This document shows, in pieces, positions 26,986 to 41,779 of a DNA stretch of 64,000 nt. Numbering within the stretch: position 1 is the stretch's first letter; the number at the start of each line of letters is the position of its first letter. A model generated the notes under the pieces. The model did not search any database, was not told the DNA's origin, and saw only the letters and a program-made list of their open reading frames with translations. This DNA is from the human T2T-CHM13v2.0 reference genome, Homo sapiens, in assembly GCF_009914755.1 (NCBI RefSeq), contig NC_060931.1. The stretch is one strand, 5' to 3'. The position numbers were made by a program, and so were the translations under genes.

Positions 26986-28529
26986 GTCGGTGGTTTTGAC
27001 AGAAATTATGGACTCTTTCTGAACTTCCTAATGAGAATTTAGGAGGCTCTCAGGTGCCCCTTCCTGTCCCACTCCATAGTTTGGCGTACGGACTCCGCTT
27101 ATTCCTGACCCTCCCTGCCATCCCACCTCTGTCCCCTCTACCCACACCTCCCGCAGGAAGGCATTCCCACCCAGCTCCTCTGCCCGCATCCAATGGAGTG
27201 AGCAGGTGCAGGCGATGAATGTACTATCACCAATAATTTTGGAACTTCTACTACATATGTGTATCTACCACATGCTGCCTGAGCTCGTTGAGCTGGACTT
27301 TTAAAGCAGCAGTGCCTCAATATGCCTGGCCTGGCTGGCACACGCCGCCTGCCTAGATTGCATAGGGTGAGCAGTCTGCCTGTGCCCCCACGAGCCCGGC
27401 TGTGCCCATATGCTGACGTTATCCTCCACTGGGTACAAAAAGGATGACAGGAACCCTCCTCATCACGCTCGTCATCTCAGTAATTCCCTGGGAGCTTTTG
27501 TTTGTTTTTTGTTTTGTTTTTCTCCCTGCATCTGTCTTGCTGTTGCTCTCAGTGGAAAACATACAATATTTCTGACGTGCCCAGGCTTTGGGCCATGCTG
27601 CAAATGTATCCTGCCATTGTGAAATGACCTTCACTGCGCTCCTGCCCAGAATGTGTGGGAAGAAAAGGGCACTCGCGGTCCCATGGGCCAAACAAAAGAG
27701 TGGTCTGGGGGATCCTGTGCTATGAAGGGACAGGAGAAGGTGCCAGGACTCCTGGTGAACAAGACATTCCAAAGGCCAAGCATTGCTAACTAATGCAAGG
27801 CTGCAGGAGAGACCAGCAAATGACAATAGCCACTCTCCTCAGAAGGACAGGGATGTGCCCACGCCGGCTTCAACTCTCCCGCCCAACCCCAGCACAAGCA
27901 GAGCTGAGCGCTCAGGTCCTCCTCCATCCATGCTGCTCCTGCAGGCGGGCCCCAGGAGGCTGGACCTGCTCTTGCCTGGGTACAGCAGGCAGCTGAGCCC
28001 CCTCCTCTGACACCAGCATCCTGTGTCCCAGCCCTGCCTCCACAGCTTCTCCTCATCAGGCCTGCCATTCCCACACCACAGAGCATGCTGCTGTAAGAGG
28101 CCAGGTGTGAAGAGCCCTTATGCTCTCAACCTTGTCTGATCAGGGTGGAATGAGGAGTGGAACAGCGTAGAGCGCGGGCTGTCTATGTCAGCTACACCGG
28201 CTAACTCCGGCAAAACCTCAGTCCTTGGGTTAGGGAGACAGGTGACAACCCCATTCGCCTCTGAGCTAGGGAAGTAGAGATGCTCTATACCTGTGTCCAC
28301 ACCCCTCAGAGGACACCAAAGGTTTCACAGAGAGAGCTCCACACACCTCTGAGGTTGGATCCAGCCACACAGAGGTGTCTGCTATGCAGCAAGCTAAACA
28401 CAACCAATTCCTGGTGTTGGGATTAACAAGCAGCAGGGCAGACCACGAGAATGAACATTTATCAACAGCCATCGGGAAACATGCCCTCCAGCTCTCACAT
28501 GTTCTCCAGGCTCCCTGGGCAAATGGAGT

Positions 28530-31500
28530 CCTAAGTATTTTATATTTTTTGAGCTACTATAAATGGGATTATTATCTGATTTCTTTTTCAGACAGTTCAT
28601 TCTCAGTGTATAAAAATGCTCTTTATTTTTGTCTGTGGATTTTGTATCCTGCAAATTTACTGAATTTATTAGCTCTAACAGTGTTTTTGGTGGCATCTTT
28701 AGGATTCTATATGTAAGATCATGTCATCTGCAAACAGGGACAATTTTAACTTCTTTTGTTCCAATTTGGATGCCTTTTGTTTCTTCCTTTTGCCTAATTG
28801 CCCTGGCTAGGTTTTGCAATACAGTGTTGAAAGAAGTGGCGAGAGTTAGCATCCTTATCTGGTTCCTGATCTTAGAGGAAAAGCTTTCAGCTTTTCACCA
28901 TTGCGTATGATGTTATCTGTGAGTTTGTCATATATGGTCTTTATTATGTTGAAGCACATCCCTTCTACAGTATATCTAATTTATTGAGTGTTTTTATTAT
29001 GAGAGGATGTTGTGTTTTGTTGTATGTTTTTTATACATCTAATGAGATGATATATGGTTTTTATCCTTCCCTCAATGTGGCATATCACATTAATAGAGTT
29101 GCATATATTGAACCATCCTTGCATACCAGGGATAAATCCCAGTTGATCGTGGTGAATGATCCTTTTCATGAGCTGTTGAATTCAGTCTGCTGGTATTCTT
29201 TCGAGGGTTTTTGCATCTATGTTCATCAGGGATTTTGGCCTGTAATTTTCTTTTCTTATAGTGCCTTTGTCAGCTTTGGTATCACGGTAGTGCTGACCTC
29301 GTAAAATGAGTGTGGAAGTATTCCTCTTCTTCAGTTTTTTGGAAGAGTTTGAGAAGGATGAGTATTAGTCCTTCTTTAAATGTTAGGTAAGATCAGCAGT
29401 AAAGCCATCAGGTCCTGAACTCTTTTTATGGGAGACTTTTTATTACTAATCAAATCTCCATATTTGTTATTGGTCTGTTCAGATTTTCTGTTTCTCCATA
29501 ATTTTTCTTGGTAGGTATCATATGCTTAGGGATTTTCCATTTCTTCTGGGTTATCCAATTTTTGGCATATAATTGTTCATAGTCTCATGGTCCCTTACAT
29601 TTCTGTGGTATTTGTTGTAATGTTTCCTCCTTCATTTCTCATTCCACTTGACTTTTCTCTTTTTTCTTAGTCTAAAGGTTTTCAATTTTGTTTATCATTT
29701 CAACAAACAAACTCTTAGTTCCATTGATCTTTTCTATTGTTTTTCTAGTTTCGATGTAATCTCTTTCTGTTCTGATCTTTATTATTTCTTTCCTATTAGA
29801 TTTAGGCTTAGTTAGTTCTTTTTATAGTACCTTGAGGTGTAATATTAGGTTGTTTATTTGGATTCTTTCTTCTTTTCTGATGTAGGCATTTATCACTATA
29901 AACATCCCTCTTAGACCTGCTTCTGCTGCATCCCATAGGTTTTGGTATGCTTTGTTTTTATTTTTATTTATCTCAAGAGATCTTTTAATTCTCTTTTTAA
30001 TTTCTTCTTTGACATATTGGTGGTTCAGAAGCATGTTGTTCAATTTCCATATATTTGTCAATTTTCTGAAATTCCTCCTGTTATTAATTTCTAGTCTCAT
30101 ACCAGGATGTTCAGAAAAGATGCTTAATGTGATTTGAATCTTCTTAAATTTATTAATGTGTTTTGTGGCATAATGTGATCTATCCTGGAGAATGTTCTCT
30201 GTGTTTCAGAAGAATGTGTATTTGCTACCATTATATGGTATATTCTGTATATATCTGTTATGTCCATTTGGTCTAAAAGTATAGTTTAAGACTGATGTTT
30301 CCTTATTGATTTTCTGTCTGAATGATCTGTCCATTGCCGAAAGTGGGTATTGAAGTCCCCTACTGCTACATTACAGTCCATCTCTCTTTCTTCAGACATA
30401 TTAATATTTGCTTTACATACTTAGGTTCTCCAGTTTTTAGCCCATATTTATAATTATTATATCTTCTTGATGAATTGACCCCTTTATCACTGTATAATGA
30501 CTTTATTTTACAGTTTATGACATGAAGTCTATTTTATTTAAGTATAGCACTTCTACTCTCTTTTGGTCTTCATTTGCATGAAATATCTTTTTCATCCCTT
30601 CGCTTTCAGTCTATGTCCTTAAAAGTGAAGGGAATCTCTTGTAGGTAGCATATAGTTGGGTCCTATTTTTCAGCCATTCAGCCACTCTGTCTTTTGATTA
30701 GAAAATGTAATCCATTTACATTCACAGTAATTATTGACAGGCAGGGTCTTACTAATGCCATTTTGTTCATTGTTTTCTGGTATTTTCTAAATCCTTTTTC
30801 CTTTCATCCTCTGTGTCTGTCTTCCCTTATGATTGGGTGATTTTCTCTAGTGATATGCTTTGATTCCTTACTTTCTATCTTTGGCATATCTACTAAGGTT
30901 TTTGCTTTGTAGTTACCATGAGGCTTACATAAAAATATCTTACAGTTATAGCAAGCTTTTCTAAGTTGGTAACAGCTTAACTTTGATCACATTTTTAAAA
31001 TCTCTACACATTTACTCCACCCACCCCACGCATAAACTTTAATGTCACAATTCATATCTTTTTGTTGTAGCTATTATTTAAGAAATTTCATAGCTATCAC
31101 TGTGATAGTTTTCTCTTTTTACCTTCATGCTAAAGACTTAAGTGATTTGTACACCACCATTACAGTATTATTCTGAATTTGACTGTATACTTATTTTTAT
31201 CAGTGAGTTCTATACTTTTGTATGTTTTCATGTTGCTAGTTAGCATTCTTTTCTTTCAGCTTGAAGAACTCTCTTTAGAATTTCTTGTAGGACAGCTCTG
31301 GTGGTGATTAATCCCTCAGCTTTTGGTTGGCTAGGAAGGTCTTTTCCTCTCCTTCATTTCTGAAGAACAGCTTTGCCAAGTACAGTATTCTTGGTTGGCC
31401 ATTTTTTTCCTTCAGCACCTTGAATATATCATTCTACTCTCTCTTGCCTATAGGGTTTCTGCTGAGAAGTCTGCTATAAACCTTCCTGTAACTCCTTTAT

Positions 31501-33350
31501 ATGTGATTTGCTTCTTTTCTCTCACTGCTTTTAAGATCCTCTTTGTCTTTGATTTTTGACAGTTTGATTATAATATATCTCAGTATAGTCTTATTTGGAT
31601 TCAATCTAATCGGAGACTTTTGATCTTCCTGTACCTAGATATTTATATATTTCCCCAGAATTGGAATGTTTTCTCATATTATTTAAATATGCTTTCAGTC
31701 CCTTGGTCTCTCTTCTCCTTCTTGAATACCTGTAACTCAAATATTTGATCTTTTGGTGTTATCTCACAAATCCCATAAGCTTTCTTCATTCCCGTTTACT
31801 CTTTTTCTCCTCTGACTGTATGTTTTCAAATAACCTGTCTTTAAGTTCACGGATTCTGTTTCATCAATTCTGCAGTTGACACTCTCTACTGCATTTTTCA
31901 TTTCATTTATTGTGTTTTCCACATCCAGAATTTCTAGAATTTTTAAAAAATAATTTATACCTCTCTGTGGAATTTCTAATTGCAGTCATTTACTGTTTTC
32001 CTGATTTTATTGAATTGTTTTTCTATATTTTCTTGAAGTTCATGAACTTCCTTCAAACACTTACTTTGAATTATCGGGCCATTTGTTTATCTCCATTTCT
32101 TTGGAGTCTGCTGCTGGGAGATTATTGTGTTTTTGGTGGTGTTGTGTCTCCTTGGTTTTTCATGTTTGTTGTTGTTGTTGTTGTTGTTGCCTTACGTTGA
32201 TGTCTGCACATTTTGGGAAGTAGGGACTTATTCTATTCTTTGTAGACTGGCTTCGCCTGGGTAAGCCCTTCATCAATAAGCCCATGCAGATTCTGGGCGT
32301 CATCTGGCATGCTCCATAGGTAGGCTTGCTATTGGGGTCCTCACGCAGGCTGGTCCAATGCCTGGGTTAGCAGGTGAGTGAGCCTTGGCCTGGATCCACT
32401 GGAGTGGACCTGTTGATTGAGTCTGCAAGGGTGAACTTAGAGCCTGGCATCCGTTAAGGCAGGACTGGTGCTAGGGTAGGCCATATACCTGAGTCTGAAG
32501 GGGCTGTCCTGGGGCTAAGGTGGGCCCAGAGCTTGAATTTGTGGGGGTGAGCCTGGGTCCTGGATCCACAAGGGTTGGCCTGGAGCCTAAGTCTGCAGAA
32601 GTGGTCTTGGAGCCTCTGTCCAAAGGGGCTGGCCTGGCACCAGGGGTCTATTGGAGTGGGCCTGGACTCTGAGTTCTGGAGCCTGGAGCACTGGGGACCA
32701 GCCTGGATCCTGAGTCCACAGGGACACTCCTGGAGCCCAGGTCAGTGAGGGCTGGTTCAGTGCTGGGGCCTACCAGGATAGGCCTGGGTCCTGTCTGCTA
32801 ACCATGGAGCTGCAGGGCCAGCCTGGTGCCAGAGATGATGTGGAGCCTGAGGCCAATGGGGTCAACCTGTATGCGGAGTGGGCCCAGAGACTAAGTCCAC
32901 TGGGCAGGTGTGGGGCCTGGGCCTGCATGATCCTACCTGGTATTGGGGCAGGCCTGAAGCCTCCGTCCTTGGGTACCAGCCTGGAGTAGGAAGCTATGGG
33001 GGCATGTCTGGTGCTGGGTTTAACTTGGTTGGTGGGGGATCAGGAGGCAGTTTTAGAGTTAGAAGCAAAGTCTGGTACTCACTTCTCTTTCCTTCCCCCA
33101 CATAGAGGGCATCTCTCACCACAACATGCTGCTAGGCCTGGGTGAGAGGGGACCCAGTCATGCAAAACTGTTTTTTCTGCCTTTTCAGTGCATCTTATTT
33201 CTGTGCCATGCCCAGGTGCTATCACCTCTCACCTGGTTTCCTTAGCACTTGTGAAGGTATTTTTGCACACAGATAGATGTTCAAATTGTTGTTTCTGTGA
33301 TGGATGAGCAATGGAGAGTCCTCTCCTGCTGCCTTGCTGATGTCCATCTC
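28530..33350 (-). mobile_element. Old L1 (L1M-type): 5'UTR, ORF1 and ORF2 to the RT domain; degenerate, 3' end absent
   Basis: ORF2 remnants on -: [19 protein letters not shown] (28981-29169), LEINNRRNF..WKLNNMLLN..YQNLWDAA (29822-30100) and IKYLG near 28530. GC-rich 5'UTR at ~32300-33350. Confidence 0.93.
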
Positions 33351-35174
33351 TGACGAATGTTGACTATGTGACTCTCTTTAAAATATTCAGGGAAAGGAGC
33401 ATCTGATTCTTTAAGAAGTCAGCAGATAAAATGTGGATGCTCTTTGACAGAGGAGGAGGAGGTCTGCTGAGCCAAGAGCAGGATGCAGAGATGGGGCATT
33501 TCTGCTCTGGGGTGGGGAGTTGAGAACCTCATGGCAGGAGGAGTTTCCAAGGCTTGCCTTCATTCCACCCCACTTGGTGATGATGTAACAGCTTCCATTT
33601 GTGTTTCACAGTTTTCAAAATGTACTCACCAGGATCAACCCACTTGGTCTTCATGACTCTTTTGATGTGGATCTAGCTGTGTTGCTTTGTATTATTCAAG
33701 ATGTCTAATCATTTTCACACTTGAGGGTTCTAGGGATTTTTCTGATACTATCCACTCTTCCCTTGATATACAAAGTCATATGATACAGAATCACACATAT
33801 TTGTTGATCTGGAGAAACAATAGGGATATGAGGATATCATTTATTGGAATTTATATTTTGTTTGGGTTTTTTTAGTCTAAGCTCTAGGAGCTTCCCCTCC
33901 CCCAATTGTTATAAATTAACTAGATTTTGGTTGATTTCTAATGTTTTCCAAAAAGTGTTTATTCATTGGTTTTTGTCTTTAAAGTTAAGATTCACTGGGT
34001 AAAGTAAAATAGAGTTCTGTGGCAAGAAACAACCCTGACAGATGAAACTGACCCTGGACAGTGCTGCTGTCTTTGGTTGTCTGACTTATTACTTCTGATT
34101 TGTAATAATTTCTGAGGCTGAATACAGTGTTAAATGAAATTCCCTGTCTGCACCAATGTTCCTGCACTTTGTAACTCGATTCTTGACTTCAAATAAAAGT
34201 GACTTCTTCATATAGCTTTGCCATTTACTCTTAGAGCCAGCTAACACTACCAGAACCCTAACAAAATCACAAGAAAGTTTAACTCAAGAAGAGAGAGATG
34301 AAAGAGGGAGAGAAAGAAGAGGGGAGTGTAAAAGCCATTTCCAAAACAAGAGGCCCAGACATCAATTTGTAATTATCTGCCCACATGAGTCTAAAGGCTT
34401 TTATTTGATAAGGCCAGTAATACACAAGCCTGTAATGTGAATTATTTCAAAGAATAAAAGCCTGATTGTCTCCATGACCTGTCTAGCTTTTAGTGAGGCT
34501 TAAGACAAGATTACATTCCATACAGCCCGCAAATGGATCCCTCCTCTCCCCACCTTCCTGCTTCTTTCAGAAATGCCAGGGTTTTCTGTGCTGCCATCTG
34601 GTAAGCTTCCAGTTCCGATAGGTCTCAATTTCCTCCTCTGTTGAGACATCTAATTCTCCTGAGGGTGACGGTTCTTCCTTGTCTGAAATGAAGCTTCTAT
34701 TAAACAAAGACTGCCCCTATTCCAGGATGTTCAAAAGCAGATGGAGCCCGCCTCCTGGTGAGGCTTTTCCATTAACACTAAAGAATGCCCTAAATCAAGC
34801 TTTTCAGTTTTAAATAGGGATGAAGTCTAACTGACCTCATACTTTAAAATTAAAAGGTAAAAACTGTGGGTTGCATCAGAAAAGAAAATGCAAGCTTTTA
34901 AAGCATTCACAGGTAAGCCATGTAGTTTTAATCCTAAGAGTAGTACAGTTGCATTGCTTAATGGTAGGGGTACATTCTGAGTAATTCCTCATTAGGTGAT
35001 CCTGTCACTGTGCAAACATCACGGGTGCACTTACGCACCCCCAGATGGGACAGCCCGCCACACACCTGGGCTGGATGGTAAAGCCCATTGTGCCTAGGCT
35101 ACAAATCTGTCCTACAAGTTACTGTGCTGAATGCTACAGGCAATTGTAACACAAGGTTAAGTATCTGTGTATCA

Positions 35175-35627
<453 letters not shown>

Positions 35628-35732
35628 TTACTGTACACCACTCTAGACTATCAACACTGTATACTTAGGCTACACTAAATTTATAAAAATGTTTTTTCTT
35701 CAATAATAAATTACCTTTAAATAGTAACTTTG

Positions 35733-36087
<355 letters not shown>

Positions 36088-37194
36088 TTAAAACAAACAC
36101 ATAGTACAGCAGTATAAAAATAGTCTCTTTATATCCTTATTCTATAAGCTTTTTCCTATTTACACTTTTCTTCCACTTTTAAAACTTTTTTGTTAAAAAA
36201 AAAAAAAACTAAGACACAAACACACACCCTAGCCTAGGCCTACACAGGGCAGGCTCATCAATATCACTGTCTTCCACCTCCACATCTTGTCCCACAGGAA
36301 GGTCTTCAGGGGCAATAGCACATGTGGGGCCATCATCTCCTATGAGAAGAATGCCTTCTGCCGGCATATCTCCTGAAGGACCTGCCTGAGTCTGTGTGAG
36401 TGTTAGTTTTGCTTTTTAATAAGTAAAAAGAGTGCATTCTAAAATAATGATAAAAGTACAGCAAATACACATGTACCGTGCACAGCTAGACTAGACTTTC
36501 ATACAAGTGGGAGTGCAGTTGGCTCGTCTACACCAGCATCACCACAAACATGTAATTCACTGCACTGTGACATCATGAGGGCCACAAGGTCAGTCGGTGA
36601 CAGGGGTTTTCAGCTCCACTACAACCATATGGGACCACCATCATGTACGCGATCTGCTGCTGGTGGAAACATTGTTATGTTGTGCTTGCTGTTTACAGTT
36701 TCTCAACATCACTTGAACCTACAAGAATATCTAAGGACCTTCTGAGACACAAAAGCTTGATTCTCAAATACATAAAAATAAGAAGGATTTTTGTTTTCCC
36801 CCAAAGTGATGAAATTACATGAGAGTTTGTTGTTTTCATGTCTGGCTCCCATATTTTTTGTAAGTTTTTCATGTAAATTAAAGGTTTACTCTGGCGTCAA
36901 CTATTCCCTCCTGGCCTGGAATCACAGACGTTCCATTTCTTCCATCTACTCATTTGGGAATAAGTCACGTAATTCCCGGCCCTCAGCTCCTCAACTGATA
37001 TCCCTGAGCAACAGCATCAGACATGCGTGTGCCTCTGACACAGGAGGATGCGAGAGGCAGGGCTGAGCCAGGCCAGGCAGGAGCAAGCGGGGAGGGAGGA
37101 GTGTTCCCGGGGGAGAGTGAGAGGCAGGAAAGACATCCAGCCACAAGGAGACCTGGGAGCACGGGTCGCCCAGAATTCAGTGTGCTTCTATTTC

Positions 37195-38040
37195 CACGCT
37201 CATGGTTCACCCACCTTTCTGAGGGTCCAAGCCCACGGCACCCGCTGACCCTGCCTGTCTGCCCAGACACTGCACCACATCGTGGTTCACCTGCCTTTCT
37301 GAGGGTCTAAGCCCATGGGGCCCGCTGACCCTGCCTGTCTGCCCAGACACTGCGCCACTTTCCACGCGCGTGGTTCACCTACCTTTCTGAGGGTCCAAGC
37401 CCACGGCGCCCGCTGACCCTGCCTGTCTGCCCAGACACCGCACCACCTTCCACGCGCATGGTTCACCCACCTTTCTGAGGGTCCAAGCCCATGGCGCCCG
37501 CTGACCCTGCCTGTCTGCCCAGACATTGCACCACATCGTGGTTCACCCGCCTTTCCGAGGGTCAGAGCCCATGGCACCCGCTGACCCTGCCTGTCTGCCC
37601 AGACACTGCACCACATCGTGGTTCACCTGCCTTTCTGAGGGTCTAAGCCCATGGGGCCCGCTGACCCTGCCTGTCTGCCCAGACACTGCACCACTCTCCA
37701 TGCGCGTGGTTCACCCACCTTTCCGAGGGTCTAAGCCCATGGAGCCCGCTGACCCTGCCTGTCTGCCCAGACACTGCACCACTCTCCATGTGCGTGGTTC
37801 ACCCATCTTTATGAGGGTCTAAGCCCATGGGGCCCGCTGACCCTGCCTGTCTGCCCAGACACTGCACCACATCGTGGTTCACCTGCCTTTCTGAGGGTCT
37901 AAGCCCACGGTGCCTGCTGACCCTGCCTGTCTGCCCAAACACTGCACCACTCTCCATGCGCGCGGTTCACCCGCCTTTCTGAGGGTCCAAGCCCACGGCG
38001 CCCGCTGACCCTGCCTGTCTGCCCAGATGCTGCCCCACAT
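37195..38040. repeat. 80/88-bp VNTR, ~10 copies
   Basis: CGTGGTTCACC...GAGGGTC(T/C)AAGCCCA...CCCGCTGACCCTGCCTGTCTGCCCAGACACTGCACCAC. Unit starts at 37281/37369 (88 bp apart) and 37537/37617 (80 bp apart). Confidence 0.95.
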
Positions 38041-38183
38041 CTCCATAGCACCCAGTTGTGCACTAGCAGCTGAGGTGAGCTGTCGAATCCTCATTTTCTC
38101 ACTTTTCATTTTCACATCATCAGGCACCTTGTCTGAGATGGTTGCTTAGTTAAATAAACAGAAAGATGAGTTTGGATTGCTTC

Positions 38184-38949
38184 TGATACGGGAGATGGGC
38201 AGGGAAGTGCTGGGTGGAGAAGGGCGGGTCTCTGGCAAGGGCTCTACCCCTGGACCTTTCCCATGGGCCTAGGCGAGGACAGGCATTTTTGTTTTTGTGC
38301 CCAAATGTTGCATTTCCCAAGACCACCCTGGTCCACCACGCCTCTATCCTGTGCCTATAAAAACCCTGAGACCCTAGCAGGCAGAGACACAAGCAGCTCC
38401 CCAAGACCCTAGCGGGCAAAGACACAAGGGCTGGATGTCAAGAGGAGCACACCGGCAGAAGAACTCACTGACAGGCACCAGCAGACGAGGTAGTTGGAGG
38501 AGAGCCTGGCTGCTGAGCGGCCCGACTCCAGGGGAAAACTGCCTTCCCAGTCCATCTCCCTCTGGCTCCTGCTGAGAGTTACTTCCACTCTATAAAACCT
38601 TGCGCTCATTCTCCAAGCCCATGTGCGATCTGATTCTTCCAGTACACCAAGGCAAGAAACTCCAGGACACAGAAAGCCCCCTGTCCTTGCAATAAGGCAG
38701 AGGGTCTAATTGAGCTGGTTAACACAAGCCGCCCACAGACGGCGAAACTAAAAAAGCACCCTGTAACACACGCCCACTGGGGCTTTAGGAGCTGTAAGCA
38801 TTCACCCCTAGACACGGCCGTGGGGTCTGAGCCCACAGCCTGCCCGTCTGTATGCTCCCCTGCAGGTGGGAGCAGTGGGGCACTGAAGAAGCAACCCACT
38901 CCTCCATCGCACGCCCTGTGAGGGGAATAAGGGAACTTTTCCTGTTTCA
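38184..38949 (+). mobile_element. ERV1 solo LTR (LTR27/LTR1/LTR28 group), antisense to PTPRN2
   Basis: TGATACGGG...GGGAAGTGCTGGG start, CCTATAAAA TATA box at ~38355, ...GGGAACTTTTCCTGTTTCA end; 4-bp TSD CTTC on both sides. Confidence 0.88.
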
Positions 38950-40523
38950 CTTCATCTCAACCCTCCTGACCCACTCTCTTCTGGGCGGCAGTTGGCCTTT
39001 CTGAGGCAGCAGATGGAGCCAAGCATGTAGGCTGTGGTCACAGAGGCACATGGCCACCTGGCCCACAGGAAGACCATGGGAAGACCACAGGTGGACACGC
39101 CCGGCACTCAGGGAACTCTAAGGGAGGTGGAGCTTGGGTGGTGGAGCAGTTGGGGTGGTGGGGCAGGAGAGACCAGCAGATGTGGCCGGGGGCAACATTT
39201 GGAATGTCCATGGATAGCATTCCATCCAAACACAAACGTGCGCCTTACTAGTTCCTCTGCTTCTGAAGCGGTAACGGTGAAAATCCTGGGAGCTCTCAGG
39301 ATCCAGTCCCGGAGGGACCAGCACAGCACATATACAGCTTCTGCCAATGGCTGGGCATAAGCTTTTAAAAACTGATCATGTTTCCTAGCTACAGAATGAC
39401 TTTCTCTTCATTTCAGATTGATCATCATTCAGAGAGAGCTGCTAACTCTCTGGCTTTCAGCCGTTCTGTCCTGGTGTTAACAATCTGGGAACCTATTCTG
39501 AAATGTACCAGAGAAACTCTCTGTTCAAAGGGATCTGCCAGAAACCCTTTGGGAAGGGAAGACGCCCCTGGAGCCACAGTGATGACACTGCAAAGTCCGT
39601 TCATTTGTGATACGGTATCTCCTTGTGGTTCAGCAACCCTCAGCCCATGACCTGGTGAGCTTGACTTGAGGCTTCATTCTTCATCAGACACAGAAGCATC
39701 TTGTCTTGGGAAGGGTCTTCACGTACAGCCCTCATTTCTCCTTTGACTACAAAACCCAGCAGTAAGGAGGGGTCTTTCAGAGTCATTAAGGACAGGTCCC
39801 AAAGAAATATGGACTTAGTAAAAAATATAATCAGGTTTCTTGTAAAACAGAGAATGGCCAATGTTTAGAGGTTAAGAGTGCTACAGGTGCACACCACACG
39901 TGCCTATGTTTAAAATAACTAACCCCCATCCTACCTAACCACACACCCCAGTTATGCTGTTCCCTCACCTCTCCACATATATTTTGGAGAATATCACAAT
40001 AGGATGGTTTGTGGACAGAATGAATTTCCTATTGTGAATGTGGACTACTCTTACTGAAGTTACAAAACAAGTTGACTGAAAATTTAAGGAATGCATGTTT
40101 TAATGAATATAGACTAACTCAAGTTTTCTTTACTTTTTGAGTCACTTTTATCAACTTACAGGTTTTTTTTCTAATTGCCTTTTCAAATTTCTTAGAACAA
40201 AGTCATTAGTAGTGTTTTCTTACGATTCTTGAATTCAATTTACCTATGGTGGAATTCCCTTTTTCCTCTCATTAATTGTGTACTTATGCCCTTTTTTGTC
40301 ATTGTCGGTAAAAAGAGCTCTGTAAGTCTTTTCAAAGACCCAGAGATATTTCTGCTGTTTGTGTTCTTGATGCTTGCCCTCATTTCTTCGTACCTATTTC
40401 AGTATTTTCTGCTCTTGTCTTCATTATTTTCTTCTTTTTAATGTCTTTTGCTTGCTTTGTTCGTCCTTTTATTCTTATTATGAAACGTTTCAGGCACACA
40501 AAAAGGAATAAAATAATATGACA

Positions 40524-40770
40524 CAGGTTGAATATCCCTCATCTGAAATGTTTGGGACTAGAAGTGCTTTGGATTTCAGATATGTTTGGATTTATTCTGG
40601 AATATTTGCATGTACATAATGAAATATCTTGGGGACAGGACCCAAGTCGAAACATGAAATTACTTGTGTTTCCTTATACCTTATATAGAAGGCCTGAAGG
40701 TAATGTTATGTAATTTTTAATAATTTTGTGCACATAACAAAGTTTATGTGCCGTGAATCTGGAAGAAAAG
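40524..40770. mobile_element. Tigger4 (Zombi/MER46) fragment
   Basis: CAGGTTGAATATCCCTCATCTGAAATGTTTGGGAC.AGAAGTG...GGACCCAAGTC.AAAC. Confidence 0.8.
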
Positions 40771-41382
40771 AATGAAGAGCTTGCGGGGGAGGCCACCTCT
40801 GAAGGAATGGCCGAGAAACTTCCCAAGTGAAAAAGCTGTGAGGCTTCAGATTGGAGGAGGGCGCAAGGGCCCAGCAGGATGTGCCAAAGTTGTGCTCGGG
40901 CACATCAGGAGGAAATCAGGCCCCACAATGTCACCTCCAAGCACCTCCTGGGGTTTCCTGTCCTCTCTCCTCTTCCTGCTGAGCCCCTGGGTCCAAGGAC
41001 CTCCCACCTTCAAAAAAGTAAAAACAGCACAGCCCAGACCCAGGGGTAAAATTCATGTCATCACTTCTTCCTGGGCCAGCACCCAAATACCTCCTGAGCC
41101 ACAGGAACACGATGCCTCTGTGGCCCTGACAGCCACTGCCGATTGTCCTGGGAGGGGCCTTCAGGGAACCGCACAGGAAGGAGGGTGCAGCTCAGCCCGT
41201 TTTCAAATCCAGCAGGATGTTCATGACCTCCCTGCAGACACTAATGGACAGAACGTCACAGCAGTCTGGTGAGCGATGATGTCAGTGCATTATTAAATTC
41301 AAACTGGAGGGGAAGTTTTGACACTAATCAATGCTTTTTATCCCACCCAAGACTGGCATATTCCCGAGACAAATCTCAGTAG

Positions 41383-41779
<397 letters not shown>

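Noticed and set aside
40772-41272. 166-aa non-repetitive ORF on + strand
   Set aside because: No recognisable domain or splice structure; length expected by chance in GC-rich DNA.
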